NCBI GenBank assembly: GCA_963816355.1
Contig: CAWFKH010000003.1
Location: forward strand, 640,001-704,000
Direction: 5' to 3'
DNA: 64,000 bases
Origin: an uncultured Gemmatimonadales bacterium
Lineage (GTDB): Bacteria; Gemmatimonadota; Gemmatimonadetes; Longimicrobiales; RSA9
The position numbers and the translations under genes were made by a program. The notes below the pieces were generated by a model. It made no database searches and was not told where the DNA came from. It saw only the letters and a program-made list of their open reading frames with translations. Shown here piece by piece: positions 9,657-19,833 of this stretch (positions within the stretch are counted from its first letter, which is position 1; the number at the start of each line of letters is the position of its first letter).

Positions 9657-9671
9657 TGGTACACCGCTTGC
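9657..9671 (+). promoter_or_regulatory. Putative sigma-54 (-24/-12) promoter
   Basis: TGGTACACCGCTTGC has exact GG-N10-GC spacing and lies about 55 bp upstream of the ATG at 9727. Confidence 0.6.
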
Positions 9672-9726
9672 CCCCTGCTGCGCTCGCATTCTGTCTCCGA
9701 GACAGCGAGAGAGGGCAGCGACGCCG

Positions 9727-10881
9727 ATGAATCCGGAACAGCGCAAGTCCGCCCGGATCCTCGTCGTCGACGACGAGCTGGCGAACATCCGACTCCTCGA
9801 GAGGATCCTCGCGGATGCCGGATACGTGAGCTTGCGTACGACGACGGATCCGCGGGAGGTCCTCGCTCTCTTCACCGCGGAGAGCCCGGACCTGGTCGTG
9901 CTGGACCTGCACATGCCGGGGATGGACGGGTTCGACGTGATGGCGGAGCTGTTGCCCTGGGTGCCGGCGGACGCCTACCTGCCGATCCTCGTCCTGACCG
10001 GTGACCTCGACTCCGAAGTGAAGGAGCGGGCGCTCGCGAGCGGAGCGAAGGATTTTCTCCACAAGCCGTTCAGCTCGTCCGAGGTCCTGCTCCGCATCCA
10101 CAATCTGCTCGAGACGCGCTTCCTGCACCGCCAGCTCAAGCTGCACAACGACGTCCTGGAGCATCGGGTCCGGGAGCGCACCGAGCAGCTCGAGGAGGCG
10201 CGGCTGGAGATCCTGGAGCGGCTCGCACGGGCGGCGGAGTTCCGCGACGACAGCACGGGCGAGCACACGCGGCGCGTGGGCCGGCTCTCCGGCGAGGTCG
10301 CGCTCGCGCTCGGCATGCCGCGCTCGCAGGCGGAGCTGATCGAGCGCGCGGCACCCCTTCACGACATCGGCAAGATCGGCATTCCGGATGGCATTCTGCT
10401 CAAGCCCGGCTCGCTCACGCCGAAGGAGCGCGACGTGATGCGCTCCCACACCACGATCGGCGCCACCATCCTTTCCGGCAGCAACGTGCCGCTGCTGCAG
10501 CTCGCCGCATCGATCGCGCTCACGCACCACGAGCGCTGGGACGGCCGCGGCTATCCGGAGGGGGTGCCCGGAGATGCGATCCCGACGGTCGGCCGCATCA
10601 TCGCCGTCGTCGACGTATTCGACGCACTCACGCACGACCGTCCCTACAAGTCCGCCTGGTCGGTCGAGGACGCGGTCCGCGAGATCACTTCGCAGTCCGG
10701 CCAGCAGTTCGATCCCGTCATCGTCGACGCGTTCCTGCGCGTCCTCGCGAGGGCCGCCGTGCCCGGCCGGTCGGGATTCGACGGCGCGAGCCTGGAAGCC
10801 GGCGCGAGCCTGGAAGCCGGCGGGCGCCGTGAGGCCGGCGGGCGCCGCGAGCCCACGGCTGGCCGCGAGGCGACCGCGTGA
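9727..10881 (+). CDS. REC + HD-GYP c-di-GMP phosphodiesterase (RpfG-like), intact motifs
   Basis: [36 protein letters not shown]. Confidence 0.93.
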   Translation: MNPEQRKSARILVVDDELANIRLLERILADAGYVSLRTTTDPREVLALFTAESPDLVVLDLHMPGMDGFDVMAELLPWVPADAYLPILVLTGDLDSEVKERALASGAKDFLHKPFSSSEVLLRIHNLLETRFLHRQLKLHNDVLEHRVRERTEQLEEARLEILERLARAAEFRDDSTGEHTRRVGRLSGEVALALGMPRSQAELIERAAPLHDIGKIGIPDGILLKPGSLTPKERDVMRSHTTIGATILSGSNVPLLQLAASIALTHHERWDGRGYPEGVPGDAIPTVGRIIAVVDVFDALTHDRPYKSAWSVEDAVREITSQSGQQFDPVIVDAFLRVLARAAVPGRSGFDGASLEAGASLEAGGRREAGGRREPTAGREATA

Positions 10882-13511
10882 AGTCGGCTCTGCAGACGGC
10901 GCTCGATGCGATTCGGGCTGCCGTCGTCGCCGCCTTCGAGCCGGGGCCGCTCGACGTCGCGGGTCCGGCGGCGCGCCACGAGGATCTGTTGCGCGGCGCC
11001 GAGGCGCCCGCGGCGGAGGAGGGCGCCGCCGTCGTGTCGCGCTTCGGATGGCGGCAGCTCGCCGGCCCGCTGGCGACGGTCGTCGCGCTCGCGGCCCTCG
11101 AGGTCTCGCTGCGTGCCGGGCTGCCGATCGGGCCGGCCGCCGCCGCGGCGCTGCTGCTCGTCTTCCTCTCCGCGCTCGTCGGCGGCCTCTTCGCGGGGCT
11201 GCTCGCGGCCGCGCTGATGGCGGTCCACCTCACCTACTTCCTGCTCGTTCCCGGCCGCATCGCGTACGCCGGTCAGCTCCGGCCGTTCGTCGTCCTGCTC
11301 GTCGTCGCGCCCACGCTCGCGCTGCTGCCCGGTCGGCTGCGCCGCTGGTGGCACGACTTCCTCCGCGAGGGTGGCGCCAAGACCGACGACGGCGCGCTCG
11401 ACGCCACGTTCCTGGCCGAGACGAGCGCGCTGCTCGACACCTCGATCGGCTACCGCCGCACGCTCGCGAAGATCTCGGAGCTCGCCGTTCCCACGCTCGC
11501 GGACTGGATCGCGCTCTACGTCGTCGGCGAGGAGGGCGTCCCGGTTCGCGAGGTCGTCGCCCACTCCGATCCCGCCGCTGGCGAGCTGCTCGCGCGCGTC
11601 TTCGGCGATGCGCCGCTGACGCTCAATCAGCGGCACCCGCTCGTCGGCGTCGACGAGGTCCTCGAGAAGCGCGCCGCGACGTTCATCGAGACCGGCGACC
11701 ACACGCGCCTCGCGCCGTACGCGCGCAACCAGGAGGAGCGCGCCTGGCTGCGCCGTCTCACGCCGACGGCGCTCATCGGCGTTCCGCTGTTGGCGCGCGG
11801 GCGGCTCATCGGCGCCATGGTCTTCGCGCGCGTCGCCGTCGAGGAGAACGTCGAGCCGCTTCCGTTCCGGCCGCACGACCTCGCGCTCGCCGAGGAGTTC
11901 TGCCGCCGCGCCGCCCTCGCCGCCGACACCGCGCGCCTCTACGACACCGCCATCGAGGCACGACGCGAGGCGGAGAACGCGAGCGAGCGCGTCGTCAACA
12001 TCCTGGAGAGCATCTCGGACGGCTTCATGGCGCTCGACCGCGACTGGTGCTTCACCTACGTCAACGGCGAGGCGGAACGCCTGCTCGGCCGCTCGCGCGC
12101 GGACCTGATCGGCACCAACATCTGGCGCCAGTTCCCGCGCAGCGTCGGCACCGTCTTCTACCGCGCCTACAACGAGGCCGCCACGACCCAGACGGCGACC
12201 CATTTCGAGGCGGAAGCGCAGTGGTCGGGCGACTTCATCTGGGTCGAGGTCCACGCGTTCCCGTCGAAGGACGGCCTCTCGGTCTACTTCCGCGACATCT
12301 CCTCCCGCAAGGCGGTCGAGGACGCGCTCAAGCGCAGCGAGGAGCAGTTGCGCCACTCGCAGAAGATGGAGGCGGTCGGCCGCCTCGCCGGCGGCGTCGC
12401 CCACGACTTCAACAACCTGCTCACTTCGATCGCCGGCCACACCGAGCTGCTGCTGCGCAAGGCGGAGCCGGGCAGCGAGCTCGAGGAGGACCTGCGCGAG
12501 ATCCAGCGCTCGGCCGGCCGCGCCGGCGACCTCACGCGCCAGCTCCTCGCCTTCGGCCGCCGCCAGGTCCACGCGCCTCAGGTCCTCGACCTCAACGGCG
12601 TCGTCCGCGACCTGGAGAAGATGCTGCGGCGCCTGATCGGCGAGAACATCGTGCTCGAGACGAACCTGCTTGCGGACATCCCGGCGATCAGCGCCGATCC
12701 GGGCCAGCTCGAACAGGTGATCATGAACCTCGTCGTCAACGCGCGCGACGCGATGGCCGGCGGGGGCATGCTCTCGATCGAGACCTCCACCATCGAGCTG
12801 GAGCAGGACGCGCTCGGCAACTTCACCGACACCGTGCAGGCGGGCGCCTACGTCGTCCTATCCCTCACCGACACCGGCACCGGCATCAAGCAGGACACCC
12901 TCTCCCACATCTTCGAGCCGTTCTTCACCACCAAGGACAAGGGGAAGGGAACCGGCCTCGGTCTCGCCACCGTCTACGGCATCGTCAAGCAGGGGAACGG
13001 CAACATCGCCGTCTACACGCGGCCGGGGAAGGGAACCCGCTTCGAGATCTACTTCCCCGTCGCCGGCGCGCCGCTCGCCCGTCCCGAGCCGCGCCACGCG
13101 CCGGAGCCGCGCGAGGAGATCCCCGCCGGCGAGGGCACCATCCTCGTCGCCGAGGACGAGGCCGCCGTGCGCAACTTCGTCTGCAAGGTCCTGCGCGAGC
13201 GCGGCTTCACCGTCCTCGAAGCCGCCGACGGCGTCGAGGCGCTCGACATCGCCGCCGCGCACGCGGCGCCGATCCAGATGCTGCTCAGCGACGTCGTCAT
13301 GCCCGAGATGGGCGGCCGCGAGCTCGCCGGGCGGCTCGGCCGCCTGCGGCCCGACATGAAGATCGTGTTCATGTCCGGCTACGCCGAGAACGAGATCGTC
13401 CACCAGGGCGCCCTCGACGAGGGCACGAACCTGATCGAGAAGCCGTTCTCCGCCGGCACCCTCGCCCGCCGCGTCCTCGACGCCCTTTCCGAAGACGGGG
13501 TGCCGGCATGA
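10878..13511 (+). CDS. Membrane hybrid histidine kinase (TM-GAF-PAS-HisKA-HATPase-REC)
   Basis: [22 protein letters not shown]-box, [25 protein letters not shown]-terminal REC; GTGA overlap with the upstream gene. Confidence 0.95.
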   Translation: MKSALQTALDAIRAAVVAAFEPGPLDVAGPAARHEDLLRGAEAPAAEEGAAVVSRFGWRQLAGPLATVVALAALEVSLRAGLPIGPAAAAALLLVFLSALVGGLFAGLLAAALMAVHLTYFLLVPGRIAYAGQLRPFVVLLVVAPTLALLPGRLRRWWHDFLREGGAKTDDGALDATFLAETSALLDTSIGYRRTLAKISELAVPTLADWIALYVVGEEGVPVREVVAHSDPAAGELLARVFGDAPLTLNQRHPLVGVDEVLEKRAATFIETGDHTRLAPYARNQEERAWLRRLTPTALIGVPLLARGRLIGAMVFARVAVEENVEPLPFRPHDLALAEEFCRRAALAADTARLYDTAIEARREAENASERVVNILESISDGFMALDRDWCFTYVNGEAERLLGRSRADLIGTNIWRQFPRSVGTVFYRAYNEAATTQTATHFEAEAQWSGDFIWVEVHAFPSKDGLSVYFRDISSRKAVEDALKRSEEQLRHSQKMEAVGRLAGGVAHDFNNLLTSIAGHTELLLRKAEPGSELEEDLREIQRSAGRAGDLTRQLLAFGRRQVHAPQVLDLNGVVRDLEKMLRRLIGENIVLETNLLADIPAISADPGQLEQVIMNLVVNARDAMAGGGMLSIETSTIELEQDALGNFTDTVQAGAYVVLSLTDTGTGIKQDTLSHIFEPFFTTKDKGKGTGLGLATVYGIVKQGNGNIAVYTRPGKGTRFEIYFPVAGAPLARPEPRHAPEPREEIPAGEGTILVAEDEAAVRNFVCKVLRERGFTVLEAADGVEALDIAAAHAAPIQMLLSDVVMPEMGGRELAGRLGRLRPDMKIVFMSGYAENEIVHQGALDEGTNLIEKPFSAGTLARRVLDALSEDGVPA

Positions 13512-13664
13512 GGCGCGCTGCGGGCGCGACGGCCGCTGCGCGGAGCCCGACACTCTTGACACCGTTCATGGCCCGGCTGAATACTGGGAGCACCTCCCTG
13601 TCGTTCGGCGCGACGCTTCTGTCGTCGCCGCTGCCCCCTGTCCATACTCACCGATGAGGATCGC

Positions 13665-13847
13665 ATGAATCAGGATGAGGACATCCAGGCCGTGCCCGGC
13701 CGCTACGGCTGGTTCCGCACGCTCGCGCCGATCATCGTCGGCGCCGTGGCGTGCTGGCTGCTGATCGACGCGCAGCGCCCCCTGGCGGGGATCCTCCTGC
13801 TCGCGGCCTCGATCGGCGTCGCCGTGATGCTCAGGCTCAAGGCCTGA
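13665..13847 (+). CDS. Small two-TM membrane protein (60 aa)
   Basis: GAGGA ribosome-binding site upstream, two hydrophobic segments; TTGACA at 13556-13561. Confidence 0.6.
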   Translation: MNQDEDIQAVPGRYGWFRTLAPIIVGAVACWLLIDAQRPLAGILLLAASIGVAVMLRLKA

Positions 13848-13872
13848 TCTCTCAGGCCGTCCCGGCGCCACG

Positions 13873-14070
13873 GTGCACCTGCTCGCCTCGCTCCAGGCCC
13901 TCCTCGAGTACGGCACCGCCACGAACTCGATCGGCGGCGGCATGGTCGCCAACCTCCGGGAGGGCGCCCACAAGGTCTACGCGCTCGGTGCCGCCCACAT
14001 CGAGGTCATCGTCGGCATCGCGCTCGCTCTGCTCCTCGTCTGGAGCCTGAGCGTGCAGCGCAGCCGCTGA
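13873..14070 (+). CDS. Small protein with C-terminal TM (65 aa)
   Basis: Fills the operon gap; QALLEYG motif; hydrophobic C-terminus followed by basic residues. Confidence 0.5.
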   Translation: MHLLASLQALLEYGTATNSIGGGMVANLREGAHKVYALGAAHIEVIVGIALALLLVWSLSVQRSR

Positions 14071-14096
14071 GCTGCTCCAGACGGCAGGACGCAACC

Positions 14097-15158
14097 ATGG
14101 ATTGGAAGCCCGCGCGACGCCGCGCACGCCGGACCCCGACCGCCGCGATGGACGCGGCCGCGCCGCACGAGCGCGAGCCGCACGCGAACGCGCCGCACGC
14201 GAACGCGTCGCACGAGCGCGAGCCGCACATCGCGCCGCCGGCCGGACAGGCGCCGCACGCGTCGCAGCCGAGCGCCGTGTGGATGATGGGCGCGCCGACG
14301 ATCCCGCTGCGCAGCCTGGTGCTCGCTTTTTCGTGCCTCCTGATCCCGGTCATCGCGACCGTGTACTTTCCGGAGAGCGCCGACGAGTACCAGATGCTGC
14401 TCTGGCTGCTCGCGCTGGTTCCCGCGTTCCTGCTTGCGTACTACCGCGGCTGGGCCGGCGTCGCGACCGCGCTGGGCGCCGGCATGGCCGTCATGTCGCT
14501 CGCGCAGGCCGCGCTCCTGCTCACCGGCCGCCACGTCCCGGACTGGCCGCTGCTCTTCGCCTTCGTCAGCGCCTACATCCTGATCGCGCTCGGCCTCGGC
14601 CTCTTCTCGGAGATGCTGCATCGCGAGCGCGAGCGCGCCGAGCGCCTCGCGCTCAGCGACGAGCTCACCGGCACGCCCAACCGCCGCTACCTCCGCCTCT
14701 TCCTCGACACGGAGTTCGCCGCCGCGCGGCGCGGCCGCCGCCTCGTCGTCGTGCTCTTCGACCTCGACGCCTTCAAGAGCTTCAACGACCACTGGGGTCA
14801 CGCCGCGGGCGACGAAGCGCTCGTCGTCTTCTCGCGCGCCCTCGTGCGCCACACCCGCGCCATGAACCTCGCCGGCCGTTACGGCGGCGAGGAGTTCCTC
14901 GCGATCCTCTCCGCATCCGACGTCGCCGGAGCCCTCGTCTTCGTCGACCGCGTGACGCACGAGCTGCGACGCGCGCGCGGCGACCTCGGCGATCTGCTCA
15001 CCGTCAGCGCGGGTGTCGCCGCATACCGGCCGGAGATGGCCGGCGTCGCCGAGCTGCTCGAGTCCGCCGACCGTGCGCTCTACGCGGCCAAGCGCGCGGG
15101 CGGCGACACGGCGCGGGTGTTCCAGGGCGGCGGACGTTCTCTCGAGACGATTGCGTAG
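14097..15158 (+). CDS. Membrane diguanylate cyclase (GGEEF)
   Basis: TM domain (LLAYYRGWAG), DELTGTPNRR, DLDAFKSFND, GRYGGEEF; no RxxD I-site (RAMN). Confidence 0.92.
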   Translation: MDWKPARRRARRTPTAAMDAAAPHEREPHANAPHANASHEREPHIAPPAGQAPHASQPSAVWMMGAPTIPLRSLVLAFSCLLIPVIATVYFPESADEYQMLLWLLALVPAFLLAYYRGWAGVATALGAGMAVMSLAQAALLLTGRHVPDWPLLFAFVSAYILIALGLGLFSEMLHRERERAERLALSDELTGTPNRRYLRLFLDTEFAAARRGRRLVVVLFDLDAFKSFNDHWGHAAGDEALVVFSRALVRHTRAMNLAGRYGGEEFLAILSASDVAGALVFVDRVTHELRRARGDLGDLLTVSAGVAAYRPEMAGVAELLESADRALYAAKRAGGDTARVFQGGGRSLETIA

Positions 15159-15180
15159 GACGGCGAGGACACGAGGAGCA

Positions 15181-15202
15181 CGGCGGGTGGGGCCACCCGC
15201 CG
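15181..15202. terminator. GC-rich hairpin between convergent genes
   Basis: Perfect 10-bp inverted repeat cggcgggtgg-gg-ccacccgccg; no U-tract. Confidence 0.45.
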
Positions 15203-15215
15203 CGTCCCCGTCGCT

Positions 15216-15527
15216 TCACTGCGGGTGTTCGGTCTCCTGCGCGATCCACTTCCACAAGGCGTCGGTCGGCCCGAGCCCGAGCGCGAGCGGGGTGCCGAGC
15301 ACGATGGCGTAGTAGACGAACGCCTTCGCGATGTTGCCGGTGCCCGCCAGGATCGACAGGCCGGCGACGACCGCCACGAGCAGCAGGATCGCGTGGCGGT
15401 AGGTCTTCTGCAGATCGCGCGATCGTTCCTTCAGGACATAGCCGACGAGCCACGCCACGAAGATGCCCCCGGAGATCAGGAGCATCTGCAGTGCGCTGAT
15501 GAAGCCGGACCAGATGCTGGCGATCAT
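15216..15527 (-). CDS. Small three-TM membrane protein (103 aa)
   Basis: AAGGAG ribosome-binding site, three hydrophobic segments. Confidence 0.75.
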   Translation of the reverse strand: MIASIWSGFISALQMLLISGGIFVAWLVGYVLKERSRDLQKTYRHAILLLVAVVAGLSILAGTGNIAKAFVYYAIVLGTPLALGLGPTDALWKWIAQETEHPQ

Positions 15528-15587
15528 GCTACGCTCCTTCCGGCCCGCGGGCCGGCGGTCCCACTCGGTTGACGGTTCCGGTCCGCC

Positions 15588-17909
15588 TTACGCCTCGCCG
15601 GGTGTACCCAGCAGCGCAGCGGCGTCCTGCTCGTCGAGCGCTTTCGAGAAGAGAAATCCCTGCGCGTACTCGCAGTGCAGGGCGTTCAGCTCGTCGCACT
15701 GGTCAGCGGTCTCGACCCCCTCGCCGACCACATCCATGCCGAGGCTGTGCGCGAGCGCCACGATCGACCACACCAACTCCTGGTTCGACTCCGCGCTGTC
15801 GAGCCCCTTGATGAAGGAGCGGTCGATCTTCACGGTGTCGAACGGGAACCGGTGCAGGTACCCGAGCGAGCTGTAGCCGGTCCCGAAATCGTCGATCGAG
15901 AGCCGGATGCCGAACGTCTTCAGCCGCTCCAGCGTAACGATCGCGGACTCGGCGTCCTCCATCAATACGCTCTCCGTGATCTCCAGCTTCAGGCTCGAGC
16001 CGGGGAGCCCGGTCTCGCGCAGCGTCGTCTCGATGCGGGAGACGAGGTCGGGCTGGTTGAGCTGCTTCATCGACAGGTTGACGCTCACGGTGAGCGGCGG
16101 CTCGGTCGGAAACGCCGCCTGCCACTGCTGGAGCTGCCGGCACGCCTGCTCGATGAACCACCAGCCGATCGGCACGATCAGGCCGGTCTCCTCCGCCACC
16201 GTCAGGAACTCGCCCGGGCTCAGCATGCCGCGCTCCGGGTGCCGCCAGCGCAGCAGCGCCTCGAAGCCGATCAGCTTGCGATCACGCAGCGCGATGATCG
16301 GCTGGTAGTGGATCGCGAACTCGCCGCGTTCCAGCGCGCGCCGCAGGTCCGTCTCCACCCGCAGCATCTCCATCGCCTGCGCGTGCATGCCCTCGTCGTA
16401 GAGCTCGTAGCGGCCGCGGCCCAGCGCCTTCGCCCGGTACATCGCGATGTCGGCGTCGCGCAGCACGTCCTCCGGCGTCGCGTAGCCGGAGGTGCTGAAG
16501 GCGATCCCTATGCTCGCCGCGCTGAAGAGCTCGTAGCCCGCGATGTGCGACGGCGCCCGCAGCCGTTCCTGCACGCGCTCGGCGACGCGCGTCGCGTCGC
16601 CCTCGTCGTCGATGCCGTCGAGCAAGATCGCGAACTCGTCGCCGCCCAGTCGCGCCACCGTGTCGACCTCGCGCACGCACCCGCCCAGCCGGCTCGCGAT
16701 CTCGACGAGCAGCTCGTCACCGACCAGGTGGCCGAGGCTGTCGTTGACCACCTTGAAGCGGTCCAGGTCGAGGAAGAGCACCGCGAAGCAATGCGTCGGC
16801 TCGCGCCGCGCCTTCCGGATCGACTGCTCCAGGCGGTTCTTGAACAGCGACCGGTTCGGCAGCTCCGTCAGCGCATCGTGCAGCGCGCTCCGGTGCAGCC
16901 GCGCCTCCGCCTCGCGCCGCGCCGTGTCGTCCCGGATCAAGAGCTGCAGACCCTCGCGCCCCGTCGCCGCGTTGCGCCACGCGCTCGCCGAGATGGCGCA
17001 CGCCACGCGCGTGCCGTCCGCCTGCGCCAGCGTCGTCTCGAAATCCCGCACCCGGCCCGTCCGCTCCACTTCCGCCCGCAGCCGCTCGTAATCCGACGCC
17101 GCCCCCAGCAGCTCCCGCGCCCGGCTGCCCACGAGCGCCTCGCCGGCCGCGCCCGCGAGCTCCGCCCCCGCGCGGTTCACCGCCACCACGATCCCACGCC
17201 CGTCGATCAGCCAGACGGCCTCGGGGAACTGCTCGAACAACACCGCCGGAAGCGACGGCGCACGCGCCGCCTCGCGGTCCGCCCGCTCCGTCGCCTGCGC
17301 CGCGACTTCCGCCGCGCGCGCCACCGCCCGCCGCTCCGCGGCCGTCCACTCGCGCGGCCGGCGGTCGAGCACCGCGACCACGCCCGTCGTGTCCCGCTCC
17401 GGAATCGAGAACGGCACCGCCGCCAGCGCGTTCCAGCCGCACTCTCGCAGCCGCCGCACGTCGGCACGTATCCCCTCCTCCGGCCCCGCGGCGTCGCCGC
17501 CCGCCGCGCCCGCGCTACCCGCCGTGCCCGCGCCGCCCGCCGTACCTGCGCCGCCCGCCGTGCCCGCGCCGCCCGCCGTGCCCGCGCCGCCCGCCGTGCC
17601 CGCGCCGCCCGCCGTGCCCGCGCCGCCCGCCGTGCCCGCGCCGCCCGTGAAGAGCTCCGCCGCCGAAGCCGCTACGCCGCGCAGCACCGTGGTCAGCGCG
17701 TCGCGCCGGTCCGGCACGCCCGCCCCCACGAAGAGGCGCTCGCGGCCCGCGCCCAGCACGAGCACGGCGGCGGCCGGCGCGTCCACGGCGTCCGCCAGCA
17801 GGGTGCACACGCCCTCCAGCTCCGTGCCCGCCTCCTTCATGGCGGTCTCCGGCGCGTTCTCGTGCGCGGGCCCCGGGTTGCGGAGCATGGATGCGGCGCT
17901 GTCGCCCAT
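15588..17909 (-). CDS. GAF-PAS-GGDEF-EAL protein
   Basis: REVD I-site, ARLGGDEF, FEALLRW, LEITES, DDFGTGYSSL, KIDRSF, EGVE, QGF all intact. Confidence 0.95.
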   Translation of the reverse strand: MGDSAASMLRNPGPAHENAPETAMKEAGTELEGVCTLLADAVDAPAAAVLVLGAGRERLFVGAGVPDRRDALTTVLRGVAASAAELFTGGAGTAGGAGTAGGAGTAGGAGTAGGAGTAGGAGTAGGAGTAGSAGAAGGDAAGPEEGIRADVRRLRECGWNALAAVPFSIPERDTTGVVAVLDRRPREWTAAERRAVARAAEVAAQATERADREAARAPSLPAVLFEQFPEAVWLIDGRGIVVAVNRAGAELAGAAGEALVGSRARELLGAASDYERLRAEVERTGRVRDFETTLAQADGTRVACAISASAWRNAATGREGLQLLIRDDTARREAEARLHRSALHDALTELPNRSLFKNRLEQSIRKARREPTHCFAVLFLDLDRFKVVNDSLGHLVGDELLVEIASRLGGCVREVDTVARLGGDEFAILLDGIDDEGDATRVAERVQERLRAPSHIAGYELFSAASIGIAFSTSGYATPEDVLRDADIAMYRAKALGRGRYELYDEGMHAQAMEMLRVETDLRRALERGEFAIHYQPIIALRDRKLIGFEALLRWRHPERGMLSPGEFLTVAEETGLIVPIGWWFIEQACRQLQQWQAAFPTEPPLTVSVNLSMKQLNQPDLVSRIETTLRETGLPGSSLKLEITESVLMEDAESAIVTLERLKTFGIRLSIDDFGTGYSSLGYLHRFPFDTVKIDRSFIKGLDSAESNQELVWSIVALAHSLGMDVVGEGVETADQCDELNALHCEYAQGFLFSKALDEQDAAALLGTPGEA
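17521..17647. repeat. In-frame 18-bp tandem repeat, about 7 copies, encoding GGAGTA
   Basis: gccgtgcccgcgccgccc repeated within the GAF region. Confidence 0.9.
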
Positions 17910-18219
17910 GTCGTTTGTCGCGGTGAGTCCATCGAAAACGGCCGGATCCTGCAGTCAGGCACTCCCACGCGGCCGACGCTTCGGAACGAACTGACGGAAC
18001 TCGAAAAAAGATACCGACTCCGCTGCCGCCCCGTAAAGCGCGCGATCGCTCGATGGAGCGCGTCTCGCACGCTGTCCCAGCGGTGGGAGCAGGACCCGTG
18101 CCCTCCGCGCGAAACTCTCTGAAGTTCCAGTGCAACAACGGCTTGACCCATGCCGCCACACCCCGGGTGTGGCACCCGGGTAACGCTTCGTTGCGGTGCC
18201 CGAGCCGCAATTCGTTCCA

Positions 18220-18235
18220 CGGCGCCAAGCTTGCA
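18220..18235 (+). promoter_or_regulatory. Possible sigma-54 promoter
   Basis: CGGCGCCAAGCTTGCA with GG-N10-GC spacing and TTGCA, upstream of the ATG at 18375. Confidence 0.35.
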
Positions 18236-18374
18236 TTCCGCCATTGCGGCGGTCGCGCCGTCGTGGCCCACCGCCGCGCCGCGGCCGCGACCGACGGCGT
18301 CCCGAGATCCAGACGGTTTTCCACATGCGCGATGCGACGGGCACGACGCCCGTCGCCGCGCGAGCGAGAGGCGA

Positions 18375-19010
18375 ATGTTGCGACGCGTCTTCAGCGCCCT
18401 CCGGGCGCAGCCGCCGGCGGACCGGCTCGACGAGGAGCTGGCCCGCATCGAGCGCGAGGCGGCCAGCGCGACATCGGACTACATCGCGCTGCTCTTCAGC
18501 CGCGGCGGCGAGCTGTGCGTCGAGCGGGGCGACAAGGGACGCGCCATGCGCTGCTACGGCCGCGCCATCGATGCCTTTCTCGATTGCGGCTACTACGACT
18601 CCGCCGCCGCCATGTGCCGGCGCGTGATCGAGCTCTCGCCCGCGGTCGTGCGCGCCCGCGGCACGCTCGCCTTCCTCTCGCTCGGCGAGGGGCTGCAGTA
18701 CCTGCCCTTCGAGGGCAAGCTCGAGGAGAACGCGCGGCGCGCCGTGGCCGAGTACGTCGAGGCCGCCAAGCGCGCCGGCGTGGAGCATCTCGTCGGCAAG
18801 CGGCTCGAGCTGATGGCGTCCGTCACCGACAACCAGCAGGTCCGCGAGATGATCGGCGAGTACCTCCTCGAGATCGGCGAGCCGACGAGCGCCGACGAGG
18901 TCCTCGGCGCCGTCTACGCCGAGCGCAACCTCCTCGCGTCCGGCCCCGAGGAAGACCAGCGGAAACGCTGGGCGCAGGCGCTGCAGGCTTCGGTCGTGGA
19001 TCAACGCTGA
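18375..19010 (+). CDS. Hypothetical helical (TPR-like) protein
   Basis: GELCVERGDKGRAMRCYGRAIDA...AAAMCRRVIELSP resembles TPR helix pairs; start reassigned to ATG 18375. Confidence 0.7.
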   Translation: MLRRVFSALRAQPPADRLDEELARIEREAASATSDYIALLFSRGGELCVERGDKGRAMRCYGRAIDAFLDCGYYDSAAAMCRRVIELSPAVVRARGTLAFLSLGEGLQYLPFEGKLEENARRAVAEYVEAAKRAGVEHLVGKRLELMASVTDNQQVREMIGEYLLEIGEPTSADEVLGAVYAERNLLASGPEEDQRKRWAQALQASVVDQR

Positions 19011-19546
19011 GCGCTCGCCCTGGCGGGCGAGGGAAGCTTGCCTGGCGGCGAGGGAAGCTCGCCCTGGCGGGCGAGGGAAGCTCGGCTGCGCCGAGGGAAG
19101 CCCACCTTGCGGCGGGGGCCCGCCTGCGGCGGGGAAGCCCGCCTGACGGCGGGGGTCCGCCTTGCGGCGGGGAAAGCTCGGCTGCGCCGAGGGAAGCCCG
19201 CCTTGCGGCGGGGGTCCGCCTGCGGCGGGGAAGCCCGCCTTGCGGCGGGGGTCCGCCTGCGGCGGGGAAGCCCGCCTTGCGGCGGGGGTCCGCCTGCGGC
19301 GGGGAAGCCCGCCTTGCGGCGGGGGTCCGCCTGCGGCGGGGAAGCCCGCCTTGCGGCGGGGGTCCGCCTGCGGCGGGGAAGCCCGCCTTGCGGCGGGGGT
19401 CCGCCTGCGGCGGGGAAGCCCGCCTTGCGGCGGGGGTCCGCCTGCGGCGGGGAAGCCCGCCTTGCGGCGGGGGTCCGCCTGCGGCGGGGAAGCCCGCCTT
19501 GCGGCGGGGTCCGCCTTGCGGCGGGGAAGCTCGGTTGGGCCGAGGG
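19008..19546 (+). repeat. GGAAG-hairpin repeat array B, including 8 perfect 37-bp units
   Basis: gggaagcccgccttgcggcgggggtccgcctgcggcg x8 at 19191-19486 plus variant units; array begins TGAGCGCTCG at the stop codon. Confidence 0.92.
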
Positions 19547-19600
19547 ATGCTTTCCCTTTGAGGGGTGAAATGGCGCTCGCCCGGGCGAGGCCACGTCCAT

Positions 19601-19674
19601 TGGATTGGCGGTAGTATAGGGCTGGCGGTCCCAAGGTTGGCGCTGGATTGGCGGTAGCACAGGGCTGGCGGTCC
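19601..19674. repeat. Two 31-bp direct repeats (2 mismatches)
   Basis: tggattggcggtagYaYagggctggcggtcc at 19601-19631 and 19644-19674. Confidence 0.85.
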
Positions 19675-19833
19675 GCGGGTATTGCCGCCACGTGGCCGCA
19701 GACGCGTCGGCGATGAAACGTCGACGCGAGTGCGAAGGTCCCCGCCGATCTTACGCGACAGCGCCCCGCACATTTCCCGCCGGGCAGGAAAGACTACTCG
19801 TCCGCGAAGAAGCTTTCCCTCAGCAGGCTGAGC

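Noticed and set aside
19008..19060. SECIS or read-through signal (hairpin right after UGA)
   Set aside because: The upstream proteins appear complete, extensions would be low-complexity repeat translation, and TGA is the common stop in GC-rich genomes.
19191..19486. CRISPR array (37-bp repeats)
   Set aside because: Units are head-to-tail with no unique spacers, and no cas genes are in the window.
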